Part shown: positions 39,374 to 52,585 of the stretch, piece after piece
Numbering within the stretch: position 1 is the first letter of the stretch
Layout: each line of letters opens with the position of its first letter
Source: Squalus acanthias
Lineage: Eukaryota
Length of the DNA stretch: 64,000 nucleotides
Assembly (NCBI GenBank): GCA_030390025.1
Contig: CM059432.1
Coordinates: forward strand, 50,470,001 to 50,534,000
Direction of reading: 5' to 3'
Notes under the pieces: model-generated
The model's database searches: none
What the model saw: the letters and a program-made list of their open reading frames with translations, nothing else
Told to the model about the DNA's origin: nothing
Program-made: the position numbers and the translations under genes

Positions 39374-40499
39374 CTACCAGGAAGAAATCTCTTCATCAAC
39401 TCCCCAACTGAGCAGAAATACAGTTATCAACCTTCACCTACTGACATGCACCCCAAGTCCCACTCACCAGTAATTAGGCCCCAGCCACCCCTCCACTGAA
39501 CAAAAATCAGTACACAAACCACCACACCCAATAAGAAATCCAATAGCTGCACCCCCAACTGAACAGAAATACGGTTACTAATCTCCCATCCTCTCACTCA
39601 ACAGAAATTCAACCAAACACCCCTCAGTGAAGGCAAACTTGGTCTTCCCTGGCTCTTACTGTGGACAAAAAGGTCCTGCTATCCACATCCATAGTATGGA
39701 CACATCTGACCTTCCACCCCCATCCCCAGCTATAGACAAAGACGACTTTACCCAACCACTGTTGAAATATGCAGCCTTTTCCCCCTCTGCCCCCTCCCCC
39801 ACCCCAACCCACTGGGCACAAACTGAGCCGATCCCACCAATTAAGCACAAATTCAGATGAATCCTCTCTCTCACTAAGAGCAAATCCCCACCCATTGCTG
39901 AGTTTAAGCCTGCCCCTCCCACCCCAACGTAGAACAAATTTGGGTCTATTCTTGCTTCTGCGAGCAGTAACAGCTACCACTCAATGAGAAGTAAATTCCC
40001 CACCCACTGAGAAACAACTGATGCTTCTTCCAGCCCCTCACCCAGAAGCAACTCAGCATTATTCCTCACCCTAAGCTGAAAACCTACAAGTGGGTCCCCC
40101 CACAAGAAAAATGCACTTACCCTCTCCCCTCCCTGACTCCTCCTCCACCCTCACTGTTAAGAAATGGGCCCTGACACAGTGCCATATACCCCTTCATAAT
40201 CTTCTGTTGCCCCCTCTTCTTCTCTCCTTGTCTCTCTATCTCCCCATACCTACCCAGGTCCAGTTATCCCACAACTTTATAACCTGTTTGACCTGGATAA
40301 TGAACTTGGTCTTGACTCCCCATGCAACAGCATGGGAGATCAACTGGTATATTTTATATATTACACTTACACACACTACCTATCTACAAAACTTTACTTC
40401 CTGTTGTCATGTTTTTGTCAAACTTTGTCATCTTTTCTCATTATAAATTCCTATGCTCATATTTACAATGGAAACTGGCTATGTAAACTTATCACTGTA

Positions 40500-40830
40500 A
40501 TTATGCTCTCCCGCCAATGATAACACTGTAGAGCCTCAGTTTTGCATCGCTCCTCCGTCTGTACTGCAGAGAAACTCCTCCAATTAACTCTATTTCTCTG
40601 GTTCCAAAATTGCCATAAATGTTGCTATTAATCAAATTCATCATTAAAATCGATATGTCCTGACACCTGTCAAGATTCATTACGGAGATTTCAATGTTAA
40701 TTGTATCTACACCTGGTATTACATCTGGTAACACCTGCCCTGTCACTAATTTAATTGAATTTTGCCATGAATGTGACAGTCTGTGATACTAGAATCACAT
40801 TGTAAATGTGTAATGTGGCCAGTGGTTGGC
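40500..40830. promoter_or_regulatory. Candidate conserved enhancer (PBX-HOX plus MEIS/PKNOX motif cluster)
   Basis: TGATTAAT (-, 40627-40634), TGATGAAT (-, 40636-40643), TGACACCTGTCA (40661-40672), extra CTGTCA/TGACAG ~40740 and ~40774; repeat-free. Confidence 0.45.
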
Positions 40831-41892
40831 TTTGTGAACCAAACCTGAACTTTCTTTTTCAGATCTGTGCAGGTAAAACTTTAAACTGTAATTTCTGTCA
40901 ATATATATTTTTATTTTACTATCAATAATTCTGAAACTAATTTTTAACTTTTTTTAAGCTCCCCCCTCCATTCTAGGCCTCTCACTGTTCTTATCAACCA
41001 CCTGTCTACCTCCCTGCCTCTGATCATCTGAATTGCAGCAGTACAAAAAAATGATTTATCTCCTGCTTTGGCCCCATCTGTTACTGTATCTTTAGTTTAA
41101 TGTTTTAAAAAAAAAATAATAGGTCTTTGTGGCACTTCTGCCCACTTTTGTCCACAAGTTTGTTTAACCATTGCCCTGGCCGAGGTTGTGCCTTGGCAAT
41201 TTCCCGTCACTGGGACTCCCATTACGCTTTCTTGCCCCACTGTCTGCAATTCTTCTCCCCATAGCTACCACGCCTGCCTCAAAAGATGTTTCTTTCCCCT
41301 ACTGTTGTGCTCCACTCTGCCTCTCCATCTCCCCTTCCTTAAAACCCGATGCTGCCTCTCAATTGCTGTCCTGTTCTGGGCCAGCATGACTGTTCCATTC
41401 TTCAGAGCGGTTTTCATTTCTATGGTTCCTTCTATAGTCCCTCGCAGTTTGTGCCAGCACCAGGGATTCTCACAATATTAGCCGACTGTTACATGACAGT
41501 GGCTTTTAGCGTGGATGTGCGCAGCTGAACCAGGTCTGGCTGTGCTCAGCACCCAGCAGGAGAACTGTGAACAGGTGTTCAGGAAGTGCTGGCACCTTGA
41601 ACGCTGTTGCCAATGTTTCCGAGCCTAGAATTACATTATATAAAATCTACAGCACAGAAGCAGGCCATTTGGTTCAACTGGTTTATACTTCACAACGCGT
41701 CAGTGCTGTCTACTTCATGTGACAGCGAGTTCCACATTCACACCACTCTCTGTAACAAAATTCCTTCTAAAACTTTTTATAAACATATAAAATGTAAGCG
41801 GTTTGCTAGGGAAAATGTTGGGCCTATTAAGGACCCAAAAGGAAATCTTCATGTGGAGGCAGAGGACATGGCAAAAGTATTAAATAAGTACT

Positions 41893-42121
41893 AATACAAA
41901 AGCAAAATACTGCGGATGCTGGAAATCTGAAATAAAAACAGAAAATGCTGGAAATACGCAGCAGGTCAGGCAGCATCTGTGGAGAGAGAAACAGAGTTAA
42001 CGTTTCAGGTCGATGACCTTCAGGTTCTGATGAAGGGTCATCGACCTGAAATGTTAACTCTGTTTCTCTCTCCACAGATGCTGCCTGACCTGCTGAGTAT
42101 TTCCAGCATTTTCTGTTTTTA
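41893..42121. mobile_element. Fold-back PLE insertion (two inverted pLTR ends with hammerhead)
   Basis: 15-bp TSD TATTAAATAAGTACT (41878-41892 / 42122-42136); arms are reverse complements; hammerhead core at 42023-42059. Confidence 0.88.
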
Positions 42122-43604
42122 TATTAAATAAGTACTTTGCATCTGTCTGCACAAAGGAAGCCTCTGATGTGAAGGTTACACTAAAAGAGGAGAGGGAAGT
42201 TATGGACAGGATAATAATAGATAGAGAAGACATACTAAAAGCTTAGCATTACTGAAAGCTGGTAAGTCACCTGGTCCAGATGGAATGCATCCTAGGTTGC
42301 TGAAAGAAGCAAAGGTAGAAATAGCAGAGGCATTGGTCACAATCTTTCAGTCCTCATTGGATACAGGAGTAATGCCGGAGGACTGCAGGGTTGCTAATGT
42401 TATACCACTATTCAAGAAAGGGGAGAGGAATAATCCAGGAAATTGCAGGCCAGTCAGCCTAATGTCGGTGGTGGGAAGTTATTGAAAAACATTATCAGGG
42501 ACAAAATAAACTTTCATTTGGAAAGGCATGGGTTAATCAAGGAGAACCAGCATGGATTTGTTAAAGGTAAATCCTGTCTGACGAACTTGATTGAATTCTT
42601 TGACGAGGTAACAGAGAAGATTGATCAAAGTAGTGCAGTAGATGTTGTATGTATGGACTTTCGGAAGGCATTCAACAAAGTGCCACACAGGAAGCTTATT
42701 AAGAAGATGGAAGCCCATGGAATTAAGGAGAAAGTGGCGGTATGGATACAAAATTGGCTCAATGGCAGGAAGCAAAGGGTGGTGGTGGATGGATGTTTTT
42801 CAGACTGGGAGGTGGTTTGCAGTGGTGTTCCCCAAGAGTCAGTTTTTGGGTCCATTACTCTTTGCAATTTTTATAAACGACCTAGACTCGGGTGTAGGGA
42901 GCAACATTATACGGTTTGCAGATGATACAAAGTAGAAGATTATGATGAGGATAGTTATAGGCTTCAGGATGACATAGACAGGATGGTGAAATGGGCAGCA
43001 ACATGCCAAATGGAGTTCATTGCAGAGAAGTGTGAAGTGGTGCACTTTGGGAGGACTAATATGGAAAGACAGTATACTATAAATGGCACGTTTTTGAAAA
43101 GTGTTGATGAGCAGAGAGACCTTGTTGTCCATATACACAAATCCTTAAAGGTGGCAGGGCAAGTTGATAAGGTGGACAAAAAAGCATATGGGTTACTTGG
43201 TTTTATAAATAGAGGAATAGAATATAAAAGCAGAGAACTTTATAAATCACTGGTCAGGCCTCAGCTGGAGTATTGTGGACAATTCTGGGCACCACATTTC
43301 AGGAAAGATGTATAGGCATTAGAAAGGGTACAGAGGAAGTTTACCAGGATGTTAACAAGGATGAGGGACTTCAATTATGAGAAGAGGTTGGAAGAGTTAG
43401 GACTGTTCTCTTTGACCTAATAGAGGTTTTCAAGATGATGAGAGGGGTTGATAGAGTAAATAGGGAAAAAATATTCCCTCTGGCGAGTGGGTCAATAACT
43501 AGAGGTCATAGATACAAAATCATTGGAAAAAGATCTAGAGGGGAGATCAGGAGAATTTTTTTCACTGAGAGCTGTCGGGATCTGGAATGTTCTACCTGAA
43601 CTGG

Positions 43605-44116
43605 AACAGTAGCATCGTGGTTATGTTACTAGACTAGTAATCCATGAGACATGAGTTCAAATCCCACCAAGGCAACTGGGGAATTTAATTTCAGTTAATT
43701 AAATAAATCTGGACTAAAAAGCTAGTGTCAGAAACTATCGGATTGTCGTAAAAACCCATCTGGTTCACGAATGGGAAGGAAATCTACCGTCCTTACCTGG
43801 TCTGGCCTATATGTGACTCCAGACCCACAGCAACGTGGTTGACTCTTAACTGCCCTCTGAAATGGCCCAGCAAGCCACTCAGTTGTAACAAACCACTCCG
43901 AAAAACAATAATAAGAATAAAATCGGACGGACCAGCTGACATTGTGGAAATCCTGGAACTCCCTCCCTAACAGCACTGTGGGAGTACCTTCACCACAAGG
44001 TCTGCAGCATTTCAAGAAGGTGGCTCACCACCACCTTCTCAAGGACAATTAGGGATGGGCAATAAATGCTGGCCTTGCCAGCGATGACCACATCCCAGGA
44101 ACGAATAAAAAAAAAA
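43605..44116 (+). mobile_element. tRNA-derived SINE, family 2, with LINE-derived tail
   Basis: B box GAGTTCAAATCC; 3' GGGCAATAAATGCTGGCCTTGCCAGC..poly(A) shared with the LINE at 57160. Confidence 0.8.
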
Positions 44117-45149
44117 GAAAAGATGGTAGAAGCTGATTCCATAAAACAGAGTTGGATAGGTACTTGAGGATGAGCAACTTACAGGGTTACGGACAAAAAG
44201 CAGGGACGTGGGACTAAGCATGACTGCACTTTCAAAGAGCCAGCACAGGCATGACTGGCCGAATAGCTTCCTTCTGTGCTGTAAGTTTCTATGAATCTAA
44301 ATTCTTTATTTAATCTGTTAGTGGCTATCTTATATTTGTTCCCCTTGTTCTGGACTCACCCACAAGTAGAAACAGTTTCTCCACATCCACCCTATCAAAC
44401 CCCTTCATAATTCTAAAGACCTCTATCAGGTCTCCTCTAAGTCTTCACTTTTCCAGGGAAAAGAGCCCCAGATTGCTCAATCTTTCCTGATAGTTGCATC
44501 CTCTCAATTCTGGTAACATCCTTGTAAATCTTGTCTTCACTTTCTCCAGTGCTTCAACATTATTTTTGTAATATGGAGACCAGTACTGGGCACAGTGCTC
44601 CAAGTGTGGTCTAACCAATGGTTCTATATAAGTTTAACATTATTTCCTTGATTTTGTATTCTATTCATCTAGCAATGAACCCCAGTACTCTGTTTGAAAT
44701 TTGCCTTTGTTTGACATGGAAATTGGGCTAAAGTGAACGATCCCACTATTAGATGTTTACAGCGCTTATTGGACTGAACAGATATCATGTATTTACAATG
44801 ATTATTAGTCTGAACAATAATGATCCTCCACAAAAGTACTTCACTTTGTAAATTATTCATTTGTATTTTCCATTTTCTTTATTTTCCCCCTTCCAAGTTT
44901 GCATTTGGCATTTTATTCCCACCCCTGTCAATCACCGGCTAGTTGTCAGCCTCTGATGGGCTACAGCCTGTTCTCGGTGCCTCACATGCTCTGAGCGTTG
45001 GGTGTAATAAGAGCATGGGCATGTGGCCCTATCTTGGCTGTCGCTATTCCCCTGGTCTGCCGCTAGTCCCTTGGTCCATACTATGATGTGACTTTTTTGG
45101 GAACCCTGAGTCTGTTCTCTAGATCCACTATATTTTATTAATTTTACTT

Positions 45150-46397
45150 AGAATCATAGAATCATAGAATGGTTACAGCACAGAAGGAGGCCACTCGGCC
45201 CGTCGAGCCCATGCCGGCTCTCTGCAACAGCACTTCAGCTATTCCCACTCCCCCGCCCTTTCCCTGTAGCCCTGCAATTTTTTTTCCTTCAGGTACTTAT
45301 CCAATTCCCTTTTGAAAGCCATGATGGAATCTGCCTCCACCACCCTTTCCAGCAGTGAATTCCAGATCCTAACCACTCGCTGCGCCAAAATGTTTTTCTT
45401 CATGTCGCTTTTGGTTCTTCTGCCAATCACCTTAAATCTGTGTCTTCTGGTTCTCGACCCTTCCGCCAATGAGAACAGTTTCTTTCTATCTACTCTGTCC
45501 AGACCCCTCATGATTTTGAACACCTCTATCAAATCTCCTCTCAACCTTCTCTGCTCTAAGGAGAACAAACCCAGCTTCTCCAGTCTATCCACGTAACTGA
45601 AGTCCCTCATCCCTGGAACCATTCTTGTAAATCTTTTCTGCACCCTCTCTAAGGCCTTAACAAGGTCAATCAATGGATAATACAGTGGGTTGGCCACAAG
45701 TCGATGGAGGCGGGACTACAACCCAAAAAGTGGGAGGCCCACCTCCATCACATCCCCATTGACAAAATCCAGCCCTATGCCTCTATTAATGAAGCCCAGG
45801 ATCCCGTATGCTTTTTTAACCACTTTCTCAACCTGCCGTGCCACCTTCAACGATTTGTGCACATATATCCCCAGGTCTCTCTGTTCATGCACCCCCTTTA
45901 GAATTGTACCCTTTAGTTTATATTGCATCTCCTTGTTCTTCCTACCAAAATGTATCACTTCGCACTTTTCTGCATTAAGTTGCATCTGCCACGTGTCCAC
46001 CCATTTCACCAGTCTGTCTATGTCCTCTTGAAGTCTATCACTATCTTCCTCACTGTTCACTATACTTCCAAGTTTTGTGTCATCTGCAAATTTTGAATTT
46101 GTGCCCTGTACACCCAAGTCTAAGTCATTAATATACATCAAGAAAAGCAGTGATCCTAGTACCGACCCCTGGGGAACACCACTGTATACCTTCCTCCAGT
46201 CCGAAAAACAACCGTTCACCACTTCTCTCTGTTTCCTGTCACTTAGCCAATTTTGTATCCATGCTGCCACTGTCCCTTTTATTCCATGGGTTTCAACTTT
46301 GCTGGCAAGCCTATTATCTGTAACTTCATCAAACACCTTTTGGAAGTCCATGTACACCACATCAACCACATTGCCCTCACCAATCCTCTCTGTTACC
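45150..46397 (-). mobile_element. CR1 3' portion (duplicate copy)
   Basis: ORFs 45716-46411 and 45239-45697; (ATCATAGA)n tail. Confidence 0.92.
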
Positions 46398-46744
46398 TGT
46401 AGAATTCGCAAATTATCGCGATTTCAAAATAATGAGAAAGAGACATTCAGTTTCGTAAAAACAGCTTTATTTCAGCAAAATGCTGTCATGTTTCAAAACG
46501 GACACAAGCAGCCTGTAAAATGGCCGCCGCGCCTCGTGGCAGAAGGTTCCAGATTTTTCAGTAGGCAGACAAGATGGCGTTTCAATAAACATTTCAGCAA
46601 GATCGGACAGTACTACAAGACGCGATCGTTTTGCATTTTTTAACACCTAAGCAAGAAATATAAGTGCTGGAATCGGTTTTCCATACACAAACGGGGGCTA
46701 TTGTACTGGGCAATCAAGGGCCCATCCAAAGACATTGATACGCA
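46398..46744 (+). mobile_element. Truncated LTR family A (duplicated end)
   Basis: Near-identical to 48766-49112. Confidence 0.9.
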
Positions 46745-47516
46745 GTTTCTCCACATCCACCCTATCAAACCCCTTCATAATTCTAAAGACCTCTATCAGG
46801 TCTCCTCTAAGTCTTCACTTTTCCAGGGAAAAGAGCCCCAGATTGCTCAATCTTTCCTGATAGTTGCATCCTCTCAATTCTGGTAACATCCTTGTAAATC
46901 TTGTCTTCACTTTCTCCAGTGCTTCAACATTATTTTTGTAATATGGAGACCAGTACTGGGCACAGTGCTCCAAGTGTGGTCTAACCAATGGTTCTATATA
47001 AGTTTAACATTATTTCCTTGATTTTGTATTCTATTCATCTAGCAACGAACCCCAGTACTCTGTTTGAAATTTGTCTTTGTTTGACATGGAAATTGGGCTA
47101 AAGTGAACGATCCCACTATTAGATGTTTACAGTGCTTATTGGACTGAACAGATATCATGTATTTACAATCATTATTAGTCTGAACAATAATGATCCTCCA
47201 CAAAAGTACTTCACTTTGTAAATTATTCATTTGTATTTTCCATTTTCTTTATTTTCCCCCTTCCAAGTTTGCATTTGGCATTTTATTCCCACCTGTCAAT
47301 CACCGGCTAGTTGTCAGCCTCTGATGGGCTACAGCCTGTTCTCGGTACCTCACATGCCCTGAGCGTTGGGTGTAATAAGAGCATGGGCATGTGGCCCTAT
47401 CTTGGCTGTCGCTATTCCCCTGGTCTGCCGCTAGTCCCTTGGTCCATACTATGATGTGACTTTTTTGGGAACCCTGAGTCTGTTCTCTAGATCCACTATA
47501 TTTTATTAATTTTACT

Positions 47517-50500
47517 TAGAATCATAGAATCATAGAATGGTTACAGCACAGAAGGAGGCCACTCGGCCCGTCGAGCCCATGCCAGCTCTCTGCAACAGCA
47601 CTTCAGCTATTCCCACTCCCCCGCCCTTTCCCTGTAGCCCTGCAATTTTTTTTCCTTCAGGTACTTATCCAATTCCCTTTTGAAAGCCATGATGGAATCT
47701 GCCTCCACCACCCTTTCCGGCAGTGAATTCCAGATCCTAACCACTCGCTGCGCCAAAATGTTTTTCTTCATGTCACTTTTGGTTCTTCTGCCAATCACCT
47801 TAAATCTGTGTCTTCTGGTTCTCGACCCTTCCGCCAATGAGAACAGTTTCTTTCTATCTACTCTGTCCAGACCCCTCATGATTTTGAACACCTCTATCAA
47901 ATCTCCTCTCAACCTTCTCTGCTCTAAGGAGAACAAACCCAGCTTCTCCAGTCTATCCACGTAACTGAAGTCCCTCATCCCTGGAACCATTCTTGTAATT
48001 CTTTTCTGCATCCTCTCTAAGGCCTTAACAAGGTCAATCAATGGAAAATACAGTGGGTTGGCCACAAGTCGATGGAGGCGGGACTACAACCCAAAAAGTG
48101 GGAGGCCCACCTCCATCACATCCCCATTGACAAAATCCAGCCCTATGCCTCTATTTATGAAGCCCAGGATCCCGTATGCTTTTTTAACCACTTTCTCAAC
48201 CTGCCGTGCCACCTTCAACGATTTGTGCACATATATCCCCAGGTCTCTCTGTTCATGCACCCCCTTTAGAATTGTACCCTTTAGTTTATATTGCATCTCC
48301 TTGTTCTTCCTACCAAAATGTATCACTTCGCACTTTTCTGCATTAAGTTGCATCTGCCACGTGTCCGCCCATTTCACCAGTCTGTCTATGTCCTCTTGAA
48401 GTCTATCACTATCTTCCTCACTGTTCACTATACTTTCAAGTTTTGTGTCATCTGCAAATTTTGAATTTGTGCCCTGTACACCCAAGTCTAAGTCATTAAT
48501 ATACATCAAGAAAAGCAGTTATCCTAGTACCGACCCCTGGGGAACACCACTGTATACCTTCCTCCAGTCCGAAAAACAACCGTTCACCACTTCTCTCTGT
48601 TTCCTGTCACTTAGCCAATTTTGTATCCATGCTGCCACTGTCCCTTTTATTCCATGGGTTTCAACTTTGCTGGCAAGCCTATTATCTGTAACTTCATCAA
48701 ACACCTTTTGGAAGTCCATGTACACCACATCAACCGCATTGCCCTTACCAATCCTCTCTGTTACCTGTAGAATTCGCAAATTATCGCGATTTCAAAATAA
48801 TGAGAAAGAGACATTCAGTTTCGTAAAAACAGCTTTATTTCAGCAAAATGCTGTCATGTTTCAAAACGGACACAAGCAGCCTGTAAAATGGCCGCCGCGC
48901 CTCGTGGCAGAAGGTTCCAGATTTTTCAGTAGGCAGACAAGATGGCGTTTCAATAAACATTTCAGCAAGATCGGACAGTACTACAAGACGTGATCATTTT
49001 GCATTTTTTAACACCTAAGCAAGAAATATAAGTGCTGGAATCGGTTTTCCATACACAAACGGGGGCTATTGTACTGGGCAATCAAGGGCCCATCCAAAGA
49101 CATTGATACGCAAATTCCCCGTGGCTCTACGATGAGAGAGCCATTCGCGGGTACTCACAGCAAGAATTCGGAGGCCCCAAAAAACCCCTCCAGGGAGACT
49201 CCTAGCTGGTTCCACAATGGGAGAAATATTAACGGGTACTTAGACAGTTACAAGTATCACCGAAACCCATTAATGACAAGAACCACCCCATACAAGAAGT
49301 TTGAGCGCCAAAACATGACAAAAGACTGACTATTAAGTTTGGGCGGGAGATAAGGAATTACAGTACTATAACTGTAGTGTCCAAACGTCCATCGCTCTCT
49401 TATCCTTTTCATTCGCTTGGAATCGTCTTTTGGCTCTTATCCCGGACGACCGTTATTCTCTCTTGTTCCGCTGATCCCTTTTGGGGTCGACCTCGTGGCG
49501 CGCTGCGAAATCGGGTGCACCATCCCGAAGGTCGGTAAACGGTGTCTGGACCTGAAGGCCCGAGGAGATGAGATGAGATGAGAAGAGAAGAAGAAGAATC
49601 CACGTGCCGCCGCGGTCAGTAAACCCCGACCGCGCCCGTAAATATAAAGACCATTTTTGAACTCTACAGGTTACTGCATGAACTGGTCAAAGACTCTTCT
49701 TTGAATTCTACCGGCTAACTGGTGTCGGTCCAGAAAGACTTTTCTTTGAGTTCTACAGCCGGGCCCGAGCACTGTCGAGTTCTTTATGACAGCAGACGGT
49801 CCAGCCTGCTAGCCGGAGCAGAGCGAGTAAACAAGTGGGGTACAGAGACCCCTGATCAACACGTGAATAGTCAGGTGCTGTGGCGAAAACATCCGTGCAT
49901 CGTTTTAGAATTCTACGAGTTATCACGAGTGGTGAGCATGGTTCTCGATCCTACAGATCTAGATTAGGACAGGTATTAATAGGGGAGGGTTTTGTTTTAA
50001 GGATAATTATAATGTGTGTCCCCTTATACGATGTGTCGTGCGCTCCTCGTTACCCTAAACCTAGTTGCATAAATGTATGTAAGCTTGTACTGTCATTAAT
50101 CTGTGCTTATGACATGTATTTCGTAATCTTGAACAATATGCAATAAAGATTTTTCCATTTCGTACTATTCAACCGGGTCTACCTGAGTTTTCTCTGCATT
50201 ACTGCTCTCGCACCTAAGTCCAGTGTCAGAACCATAAGGGCGAGTGGGTCGAACCACTCACAGGTGTCTAGTGCTACCAGGCTGGCTGGAGACCAGAACA
50301 GGCAACAAGGCCTAACCCCGCACTAGCACCCAGGCTAAGCACAGAGCCACGCGAACCCCTTACATACCTCATCAAAAAACTCAATCAAGTTAGTTAAACA
50401 CAATTTGCCTTTAATAAATCCGTGCTGACTTTCCTTAATTAATCCATACTTGTCCTAGTGACTGTTAATTTTGTCCCAGATTATAGTTTCTAAAAGCTTC

Positions 50501-52210
50501 CCTACTACCGAGGTTAAACTGACTGGCCTGTAGTTGCTGGGTTTATCCTTACACCCTTTTTTAAACAAGGGTGTAACATTTGCAATTCTCCAGTCCTCTG
50601 GCACCAACACCGTGTCCAAGGAGGATTAGAAGATTATGGCCAGTACCTCTGCAATTTCCACCTTTACTTCCCTCAGCATCCTAGGATGCATCCTATCTGG
50701 TCCTGGTGACTTATCTACTTTAAGTACAGCAAGCCTTTCTAGTACCTCCTCCTTCTCAATGTTTATGCCATCCAGTATCTTAACTACCTCCTCTTTCAAT
50801 ATGACTTTGGCAGCATCTTCTTCCTTGGTAAAGACAGATGCAAAGTATTCATTTACTACCTCAGCCATGCCCTCTGCCTCCATGTGTAGATCTCCTTTTT
50901 GGTCCCTAATCGGCCCCACCCCTCCTCTTACGACCCGTTTACTATTTATATGCCTATCAAAGACTTTTGGATTCCCTTTTATGTTGGCTGCCAATCTATT
51001 CTCATACTCTCTCTTTTCCCCTCTTATTTCCTTTTTCACTTCGCCTCTGAACTTTCTATATTCAGCCTGGTTCTCACTTGTATTCTCAACCTGACATCTG
51101 TCATACGCCCCCTTTTCTGCTTCATCTTACTCTCTATCTCTTTCATCATCCAAGGAGCTCTGGCTTTGGTTGCCTTACCTTTCCCCCTAGTGGGAATGTA
51201 CCTCGACTGTACCCGAAACATCTCCTCTTTAAAGGCAGCCCATTGTTCGATTACAGTTTTGCCTGCCAATCTTTGATTCCAATTTACCCGGGCCAGATCC
51301 ATTCTCAACCCACTGAAATTGGCTTTCCTCCAATTAGGTATTTTTACTCTGGATTGCTCCCTGTCCTTTTCCATAGCTAATCTAAACCTTGTGATACTAT
51401 GATCACTGTACCTTAAATGTTCCCCTACTGACACTTGCTCCACTTGACCCACCTCATTCCCCAGAACCAGATCCAGCAATGCCTCCTTCCTCATTGGGCC
51501 GGAAACATACTGATCAAGAAAGTTCTCCTGAACACACTTCAGAAATTCTTCCCCCTCTCTGCCCTTTACACTATTACTATCCCAGTCTATATTAGGAAAG
51601 TTGAAGTCCCCCATTACCACTACTCTATAGTTCTTGCACCTCTCTGTAATTTCCCAGTAAATTTGCTCCTCTATATCCTTCCTACTAGTTGGCGGCCTAT
51701 AGAATACACCTGTCTGTTCCCCTAACTATCGAATCTCCTATCACTATTGCTTTCCCGATCTTCCTCCTCCCCCGCTGTACAGCTGAGCCACCCATGGTGC
51801 CATAGACTTGGCTCTTGCTGTACTCCCCAGATGAACCATCGCCCTCACCAGTACTAGTTGGAGAGTGAGATGCACTGGGGACTCCTGCATCACCTGCCTG
51901 GTCCTCCTTGTCTGTCTGACAGTCCCCCATTCCCTCTCTGCCTCCACACTCATACGCTGCGGGGTGACCACCTCCTGAAACATGCTATCCACGTAGCTCT
52001 CAGCCTCACGGATGCACTGCAGTGATGCAAGCTGCTGCTCAAACTCCAAAATCTGGTGCTTGAGCTCCTCCAGTTGATGCGTCCTGGAGTCCCCACATGG
52101 CACACGATGTGCATTCCACGGGACCGAGGTGGCCTGCCATGCCTCTACTTAATAGACTATTAAGTAACTTAACAGAAATAAACTTAAGACTTAAAAAAAA
52201 AATTGCCAAC
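47517..52210 (-). mobile_element. Long CR1 LINE (ORF1 esterase remnant, endonuclease, RT) split by LTR-A
   Basis: ORF1 IVIGDSIVRGTD (SGNH-like); ORF2 VMGDFNFPNIDW, LLDLVL, SDH, KSPGPD, KFADD; deletion between ORF1 and ORF2 near 51710. Confidence 0.9.
48766..50364 (+). mobile_element. Solo LTR, family A (1599 bp)
   Basis: TGTAGAA...CCTTACA; 4-bp TSD TACC (48762-48765 / 50365-50368); AATAAA 50142; reverse-complement homolog of 2096-3845. Confidence 0.88.
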
Positions 52211-52279
52211 TACTCACCAATCAGCTCCTTCCTTTGCGCTGACATCACTTACCTAATTGGCTTTAAATCAAAACTTAAA

Positions 52280-52585
52280 AACTGCTGGCAAAAATGTTTG
52301 CTCCCTCTGCCTCCCCTTTTCCCCCAGATCCTCCTACCTTTCCTTTTTCTGACTTCCCCTCTCCACTTTCTCCCCATCTCCTTCTCCCACTTTCCCCAAA
52401 CGCACCCTGAACTTCCTCCCCACTCCTGCCTCCTACCTGTCTCTCTCCTCCCCTATTCCCCTCTCCGCCACTCCCACTCCACTTGCCCTCTCCTCTCCCT
52501 CCCTCTATCCTTCACCTCCTTTTTTCCTCCCCCTCTTTCTCCTCTCCCCTCCTCACCCTCCTTCTCCTCTCCCCTCCTCACCCGC
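52280..52585. repeat. Pyrimidine-rich low-complexity tract
   Basis: C/T-dominated. Confidence 0.7.

Larger units (their letters stand above)
41770..44300 (+). mobile_element. CR1 LINE, degraded, with nested PLE fold-back and SINE
   Basis: LNKYFASV, KSPGPDG, NQHGF, RFADD, RPQLEYC; tail near 44290. Confidence 0.9.
44373..49110. repeat. 2.37-kb direct tandem duplication (44373-46742 / 46743-49110)
   Basis: About 20 differences by manual comparison (~99% identical); CA microhomology at junction. Confidence 0.95.

Noticed and set aside
40501..40746. 81-aa minus-strand ORF
   Set aside because: No homology or splice support; better explained as a non-coding motif cluster.
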